Of a DNA stretch of 64,000 bases, positions 55,021 to 64,000 are shown piece by piece (position 1 is the first letter of the stretch; each line of letters begins with the position of its first letter). The stretch comes from Octopus vulgaris (taxonomy: Eukaryota): positions 44,206,001 through 44,270,000 of the forward strand of contig OX597819.1 in the NCBI GenBank assembly GCA_951406725.2, given 5' to 3'. A program made the position numbers and the translations under genes. The notes under the pieces are model-generated. The model was not told where the DNA came from. It was given only the letters and a program-made list of their open reading frames with translations, and did not search any database.

Positions 55021-55487
55021 AAATAAATGTCAATGGAAAATGAAATTCAAATAAATGCTATCATATCATACGGGGGATGTAGAAGTCATGTTAGTAATAT
55101 ACTTAAGTGTAATACATTATAACAGCATAAAACTGTTTCGTACAGGAATCCATAGCAATTTTGAATTTTTATGTTAGAATTTATAAATTATAAATTTATC
55201 TAAAAACCGAATCTTCAGTTCTGATCTTGTAATAAAGTTGGCGATGTAAAAAGCAATTTGCATAAATTGGTCAAAGTGCTGCAATAAAAAAATTAATAAA
55301 AAAAAAATTAAAAAATTGGATTGAAAAAAAAATATTGTTAATGATGACGACGACGATGATGATGATGATGATGATAATAGTTATAATAAAGTATGGATGA
55401 CATTAATATTAATAATATCAATGCTTATAATAATCCTAATAATAACTTAGATATTGCTACTTACATACATGTGTATATTAATACGTA

Positions 55488-55523
<36 letters not shown>

Positions 55524-55529
55524 TACATA

Positions 55530-55622
<93 letters not shown>

Positions 55623-55643
55623 ATATATATACACATATATATA

Positions 55644-55696
<53 letters not shown>

Positions 55697-55713
55697 GTAT
55701 ATATACATATATG

Positions 55714-55788
<75 letters not shown>

Positions 55789-56381
55789 GCATATATGTAT
55801 ACATATATATGCATTCATGTATACGCACAAACTCAGTTATAACAGTAACAACAAAAAAACAAGAATAATAATGACTTCTCTATTATTAATAAAAATTATA
55901 TTAAAGAAAAATGATAATGATAAAAATAATATTAGCAATAATAATTTCTTTATTTGCCACATGGGCAATATTAAAGCATATCTACACAATACATATTTGT
56001 TTGTATGTAGGCAGACACACACACACACACACATACATACACACACATATACATATATACGTATGTAAGCTTATATAAATGTATTTTATATGTATATATT
56101 ATAAGAATCTATGTGTATATGTATGTATAAGTCTCTTTTTCGTGTGCGCGCGCGGCCTTGCGTGCGCGCGCGCATGCGTGTGGCTGTCTGTGTGCGTGTG
56201 TATAGAATATAGAAAGTGAGAAGGAACCTCTTTGATTCGTGTATACGTGCAAAACTAGATATATGATACAAAGGAAACTACGAGCTAGAACATAAATATG
56301 GAATTAAATGAGGAACTACAGCAATATATACCTTAAATATATCACACACATGCACAAACATACGTGTGCGTGTGAATATAT

Positions 56382-56447
<66 letters not shown>

Positions 56448-56551
56448 AAATACAGATGTTTATAAATTTATACATAAATATACATATATGTGAATATATA
56501 TAGATTCAGACGTAGATAATATATGCAAGTTTTTTTGAGGGAAACACGGAA

Positions 56552-56617
<66 letters not shown>

Positions 56618-57068
56618 GATGATGATGATGATGATGATGTTGATGATGATGATGACGACGACGACGACGATGATGATAATGACAACAACAACAGCAACAA
56701 TAATAACAACAGCAATGATAATAATAATAATAATATAGGTCTTTAAGCAGAGACTATGATAGCAATAGCACATTGGCCTAAATGATAATGATAATATAAC
56801 AACAACGTCAACAACAAAAACAACAACAACAGCAGCAACAATTTCGGCAGCACGGTATTAGAAAAATAAACGGCTGCAACAAAACTAATATTAAGATAAT
56901 AATTAAACCATTCAATAATTCATAACATATCGTCATCATCATAATCATCATAATCATCCACACCGCCGCACCACCACCACAACCACCACCACCACCACCA
57001 ACACCACCACCACCACCACCATCATCGTCGTCATCACCACCACCACAACCACCACCACAACCAACACC

Positions 57069-57102
<34 letters not shown>

Positions 57103-58064
57103 TCATCACCACCACCACCACCACCACCACGAACATCAACAACACAACATCAAGAATGACATTAGCATTTAACAGTAATGACAATGAATATGATAACTGC
57201 AATAATCGTTAGACTTGAAGCTAATTCCTGAATGTAAAGATACTTGAGATTGCGGTGATCCGATTGTTTTGGCGAGATTAACTACTGTATAATTTTTAAG
57301 CTATTTTATACATTTTTGCCAAATTGCCATTGTTTAAGATGACGATAATATCAAAAACTTCAGTTCAACGATAACTGAGTTGTATATTTTTTATATTAGT
57401 AATATCATATTATCTATGTGATCAGTAGGAAAATGATATCGAATTATATTAAATAAGAGACACTTTGCAGTGTTACAAATAATGTTGAAGTTGAAAGGTT
57501 TGAAAGACAGCACTATTACTGTCTTCCAGAGAGAGAGAGAGTAACCGGTTATAATTACTAAGTTACTGCAAATCTGTGCATTAATTATTTGAAAAGCTGC
57601 TTTTTAGGTTTCTGTGAAAAATACCATATTCTAACATAGACATTCAATCAGGTGAACTTAAAATTCGAATTCGTTTCTAAATGCCGTCAAGAAAGTAAAT
57701 TCCTAACGTACGTGATAACAAGCATAATAGTTTTTCTTTATAATATATAGTTCAGTCTCTGACTTGGCGGGCTCCACTTTCAAAAATACACATTCCGGCA
57801 TCCTTTTGTCACTGGTACCGACATTAATGCCTTGAATACTGTCCACACAAAATTACATTACAACTGCAATCCCGCATTTGTCCTAATATATCTGAATACG
57901 TTCTTTAATCATTTAATAATTCCCCCCACCACGAATATGGCTTTATGCTTGTTATCTTTTACCATCTAATATACATATATATGAATGTATATACATATAC
58001 ATGTATATAAATATATCCATGCATCTCACCACTTTTCATCTTTCTGACTCCCCTCCCTTGATAT

Positions 58065-58245
58065 ATATAAAATACAAAATGGGACAAGAACGCAAAACAC
58101 CGAAACATCCAGACAGCTAGGTGATACAAAAAAGGGACAACAAAACATCCAGATAGACGATACAAAGAAAACAAGGACGGGTCATCGAAGCCCTTTATCA
58201 TCAGTTAAGCATCAGATTATCTTCGCAATTTCGGCTGATTATTGT
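58065..58245 (-). mobile_element. Truncated family D element (partial rearranged hammerhead-like motif)
   Basis: Reverse complement atcag-cc-GAAA-ttgcgaagataat-ctgat-gcttaa-CTGATGA. It has the same 24-nt GAAA-to-CUGANGA spacing as the 34.7 kb copy, and TA-rich flanks. Confidence 0.55.
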
Positions 58246-58481
58246 TATATATGTATGTATATATATGTATATATATGTATAGTCGAAGACTGTTTGACGG
58301 CCATTTCTAATTTTTTCGGTATGTGGCTAAGCAACCTGTTGCCTGCCTCTTTTATTTATATACAAAATATATATTGAACTTTTATAGAAGTTCCTACCGT
58401 TAATGGTTATATTTACATGCCGAAATCTACCAGTAAATAATTGTTGGTTTTTTAAAAACCATTAAATATATTATTTACTCT

Positions 58482-58522
<41 letters not shown>

Positions 58523-59682
58523 GTACATATCTATTATATTTGAACATTAAATGTGCTCGAAACCCCAATATGCTGAATTATCAATGACAAAATAATCAAT
58601 ACGTATTATAATGTAGTGATTTATACAACTTGAAAGCGCTCATGACTGGATTAAGCTAGTTCGTAGTTATTTGTGAATTTAATATATTGTCACATGATAT
58701 ACCTTTCGATTTATAAATATATCACTGCCTCTGTTTGTGTAGTTAAGCTAAGGAGCCTGACATTACAGAAGCAAAATTATTCGTTAACACACTGTAATAT
58801 GATTGGATTTCGAAAAACCGATTAAAACTGTGTCATACATTTGTCTATTCAATTTTCATATGCAAATCACGAATTTTATTCATCTATTTGCGTGCAGAAT
58901 TATGTGGCATTTTTGCCCTCCGTGTTATATGTATAAATCACACATAAGCAAGGAAGATAGCTAATTACACTGTATATTTACGCGTTGATGAATAATTGCA
59001 AGCTTTTGTCAAGATATGGCATTATGGGGAAAATAACTAATTTTAACCATTTAGCTGTAGAATGTTTCTAAATATGTAGCCATCGAAGTGTTTGACGAAA
59101 TTTTTAAATTAGAGAAGGCTGTAATTGGATGTTATGTTTATCTGAAGTACAAAGATTACGTTCGGGAGTAATGACTGTTGGAAACGTCTTGACGTAACCG
59201 ATTTTATTATTTTTAATACTATCATCCTTGGAGCTCCCAACATATTTTGACAGTGTGGTAGAGAGGTATGCCTGTATTAATACAAATGTTGCAAGGTTAT
59301 TATTTCCACTGTAAAGTTCTTAGGGTTTATTGGTTCATGATTGTTTGTGAGAGAGAACTTGACGCGATAAACAAATACTTTTGAAAAATACATAACACTG
59401 AGCCGGAGATATCAGGATTCTTGAAAATATATTGAGAATGAGAGTTTTGCGTGTCAGTGCTGGAAAGTCTTCTGTTGATACTGGCTACAGAAGCAGTACA
59501 AAATTTTGGTACAGCTATAGCGGTGAATTAGTGGAATCATATGAAAATGGATTGAGGTGTCTTATGATAACTGATATAGATGTGTTCTGAGTTGAAATTC
59601 ACTCTTGACACTATATAAGTCTAGTAAGGCAAATCCTCAAAAAGAAAAAAAAAAAAAGAACAAAAACAAAATGATCGTTGTC

Positions 59683-59850
59683 CGAGGGACAACCTTCCGA
59701 GTTTCTTTTACAGAGCTTAGAAAAACTGAAGGACCGCTGCAATAAGTGTGTGAAATTGAGACGGGAATATATTGAATAAAATCATAATAAATCATAATTA
59801 ACTGATCTTCTTGTATATTCTTTTACTCAGTACCATGAAAGTTTCAGCAT
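59683..59850 (+). mobile_element. Mariner-derived MITE
   Basis: LEKLKDRCNKCVKLRREYIE*, homologous to 21008-21225. Confidence 0.65.
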
Positions 59851-59852
59851 AA

Positions 59853-59955
<103 letters not shown>

Positions 59956-59977
59956 TTATGCATGTATGTATGTATTA

Positions 59978-60021
<44 letters not shown>

Positions 60022-60026
60022 GCCTA

Positions 60027-60061
<35 letters not shown>

Positions 60062-60742
60062 ATCTATCTATCTGTGTGTGTGTGTGTAATATCAGTATAC
60101 ACACATATATATATACATACATGTATAGTGATACTTTTGAGAGAAAGAAACACAAATTAAATTTCATGTCTTCTACTCCTATGTTTGAAACAATGATAAA
60201 TCAATACACACAGACACAGGTACATATATACATACATATTTATAAATGGAATATATATATATATAAGTGCATATGCATGAGTGTGTACGTGTGTGTGTAT
60301 GAGTAAGTGTGTCTGTATACATCCAAACGCATGCATACGGAGTAATATAGAAAAAGAGATATATAGACATCATACACAAATACAGATATAATAGCAATGA
60401 TGTTGAGGTATACAGACAAGCAAATAGACAGATAAAACATACGGAAGTAGAAAGAGAAAGAAATGCATACAGTCTGTATAGAAGTGGGAGAGAAGTATAT
60501 ATGATCTGTAAATAATATAGAGTAGTGATGTTAAGTCGGACCGGTACCTAGAGAATGATGGTGTTGGCGACGAAACTTGGAGTTTCCTTATTTCTTTGTT
60601 GACAACAAGCAATTCACAGGCTTCCTATTGACTATTCTGGTATTCATAAGTTCTGGTATTCAGCTCAATATTCATTCTTTCCGTCTGTTTTAAATTCAAA
60701 CGTCGCCATGACTTTCTGATACACATTAATATATGTGTGCGT

Positions 60743-60783
<41 letters not shown>

Positions 60784-61137
60784 TAAATGTGCGTATATAC
60801 ATACATACATACATACACATCCACACAGACATACACGCAGACACAAATATATATATATATATATACATGCACATATATGTATACACTGACATATAGGCAT
60901 ATGTATGTATGTTCATTTCGCTTTTTAAGAATATGAAAAGAATATCTGCGTGAGCCACGTCATCATCTTTCCTTGTCTACCACTCTCTATTTTTGTTCTG
61001 CCATATTTCTTCTTTTTCTAATTCTTCTAATACTTTTTTGCGATTGTGTATGATTCAGAATACATGTAAAAATCTCAAAATATCTGTATGAAATATTGAC
61101 TATAGTTATGTATGCATGTGTGTGAGCGAATGTACTG

Positions 61138-61181
<44 letters not shown>

Positions 61182-61235
61182 CTTAATCACACACATACAG
61201 TATAAACTAGTAATCATGTATATATGTTGTGTGCA

Positions 61236-61381
<146 letters not shown>

Positions 61382-61802
61382 TGCGTAGGTATGTGAATTG
61401 TTGCAGCCTCATATACAGCTATGATATGCATAAGCACACAGGACCAACATAAAACAACAGCTTGTCATCCCTCAAGTTCTGGCCCTTCCCCTACATGCCA
61501 ACAAGCATGTATATCTAAAAATATATAGATTATTTGCAAAAGCCACCCTGCGCGCACACATATGATATTAATAGGTATAGGAAGATTTTAAATTTGCTAG
61601 TAGCTACACATACACACATACCCACACGCACACACTCACACGCACACACATACACACATATGTACGCATGTATGGATATGCATATCCACACATGTATTAA
61701 TCTATTCTCTAATATACATTTATATTTATATGTATGTATGTGCATATGAATGTATCTATCTATTTATGCATATATTTGTACACACACACACGCATATATG
61801 TG

Positions 61803-61891
<89 letters not shown>

Positions 61892-64000
61892 GTATACATA
61901 TAAATAAATGAATATATATTTCTATTTATATATATGACTATATATATATATGTATGCTAATCTGTATATTCCTACACCCTCACATACGTCAATATTCATA
62001 TACATGCATACATACGTACATACATACATACATACATATATATATAAACATACACGCGCACGCACACACACATGTATAGGCCATTTTACGTATATTATGC
62101 AAATAAAGGTATATAGGTTCTCATGTATATGAATAAGTAAATATATAAGTATACCTTGTATATGCAAGTAAGCATGCATACGCATGTGTAGACATAATTT
62201 ATGCATAAAAAGATGAACAATTTATGATCATGTCTCCGTTCATATGTGTATGCGTACCTCGATGAGTATGCACTGTATAAGTTTACGTGTGTTTCTATTG
62301 TGTTTTTCTTTGGTTTGTTAGTTTTTTGTTTGTTTGTTTAATACTCATTACTTTTGTGATAGTTTTCCTTTGGAAGTGCAGGCAAATATTGCTGATAAAA
62401 AGACACAACTGTACGTAGTAACATACTCAGCAGCCCCACCACCACCACCACCACCAGCAGCAGCACCACCACCACCACCACTGCCACCACACACATCAAA
62501 TGATAATGGTGAAGCTGGTCTCCAGGACAATATTTTCTAATGCGAACTTCCAAGTATTTAAGAAGTTAGGAGTTGTTCTGAGGGGCGGTTTGACTGCTTT
62601 TTGCAGCAGGTCGAGTGATTGCTTTGAAGCGCCTACATTTTCCTTCCGTATGAAGATGAGCTCCTGCACAAACAACAAAGAAACAATTATTATAAATGAA
62701 GCTGTACTGCTTTACAATATACTGTTCTTCACCCTGTTTCTTTTATTACATATAAAAAACTTAGCTTGTAATTATTCAGATCTTCAAGAGCGCTCTATTG
62801 TCTAAAGCGATAGATTAATGTTTGACTGCTGCTTTCTGCAACCAAATCTTGTGGAATTCAACCTTACCCTTCATCCTCGCGAGGTCGCTAAATGGAAATA
62901 TAATTCATTCAAAGGCTGGGCTTCAATGTTTTCGGTTATATTCGTCAAGTTTGAGGCATTGTGTCTATATTAAAAGTCAATCCTTCCAAACATTCGTTCT
63001 ATTTGTTTGAGTTGTTAAGAGCTATTTTTTTTTTCAAAAACGGAGCACTGGCAATAAAAAAATCTCCTAATTTATGCTACAATACCGAATGCATATCAAA
63101 TTGGTACCTGTCATCAATTAATCTACGGAATTTTATAGTTTTCTCTTTTAATGAATTAATGAAAAGAGGAAAGGTAATGCAATGATTGAAATCCTTTGCA
63201 CAGACATTGAGACGAATGCGAGAAAAGTAGAAAATTATCGTCGGGTGAGAAACTTGGCACGAATAATCGCAAACAATTGCACACACCAATGGTAGCCCGT
63301 GGGCATGTTGGTGATGTTAAATTGAGCAAGAATTTACGCATACCACCGAAAAACAAGAGCTGTTCCATTGACAGGGCTCATATAGAACTTTTGGCTCTCA
63401 AATTTGTCGAACCGTAGGGTAAAGGGGTAGATAAACACGAACTAAAAGGACTTATACAACACGCAGACACACACAGACAAGCACACAGATACAGACAGAC
63501 AGGCACACGTGCACACGCACAAGATACATTTGTAAAACCCAAATAAATGATAGCTGTCATATGCATATGCATGTGACCTGAGAAGCAAGGAGCATGATTT
63601 TGATAATTCTTTTAGGCAATTATCTAGAAGCGAGACAACATATATACCTTCTCAACTCTCGCGCCCTTACCCCAGCGAAACAGCTGGAGAGACTAAGGTT
63701 TGCACGGGACTGGTGTTCCTTTTCATGTCGGTAGAGTGGAGCAACGTAAAATGAAGTGCTTATCTTAAGAATACATCGTGCATCAGTCCACGAACATAAC
63801 CCGTGATTTTACATTCATAGGCCCTCACACTGGCCATTACGCCATGGATCTTCACAATGGTGTACACACACACACACATACACACACACACGCACACGCA
63901 CACACGCACAAACACATACACACACACACGCACACACATACACATTATTTCTATATATATTTATAGATGACATCTGACTTCTCAATGTTTTAAATTATAA

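Overview
AT-rich, microsatellite-saturated animal DNA with one 100-N scaffold gap. The SINE repertoire and repeat landscape look like an octopus or other coleoid cephalopod (inference). I found no credible host protein-coding exon, and nearly all listed ORFs are simple-repeat artefacts. The recognisable content is mobile DNA: a young 5'-truncated Neptune-type Penelope-like element (PLE; 35.1-38.6 kb, RT C-terminus plus GIY-YIG), a second decayed PLE RT, a Poseidon-type PLE 3' end, RTE-type LINE remnants, a DD37D (maT) Tc1/mariner relic, Tigger-, mariner- and piggyBac-like MITEs, and many tRNA-derived SINEs. The main signal is a dense set of self-cleaving-ribozyme motifs in short elements, most of them lodged in (TA)n tracts. 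These are (i) several distinct type I hammerhead families; (ii) a PLE terminal repeat carrying a tRNA-like Pol III module just upstream of its hammerhead, in 2 copies; (iii) a putative non-circularly permuted hammerhead whose GAAA/stem III strand lies inside the stem I loop (34.7 kb, partial second copy at 58.2 kb); and (iv) a short element headed by an HDV-like fold, in 2 copies with a co-varying P1. All folds were read by eye and are untested.
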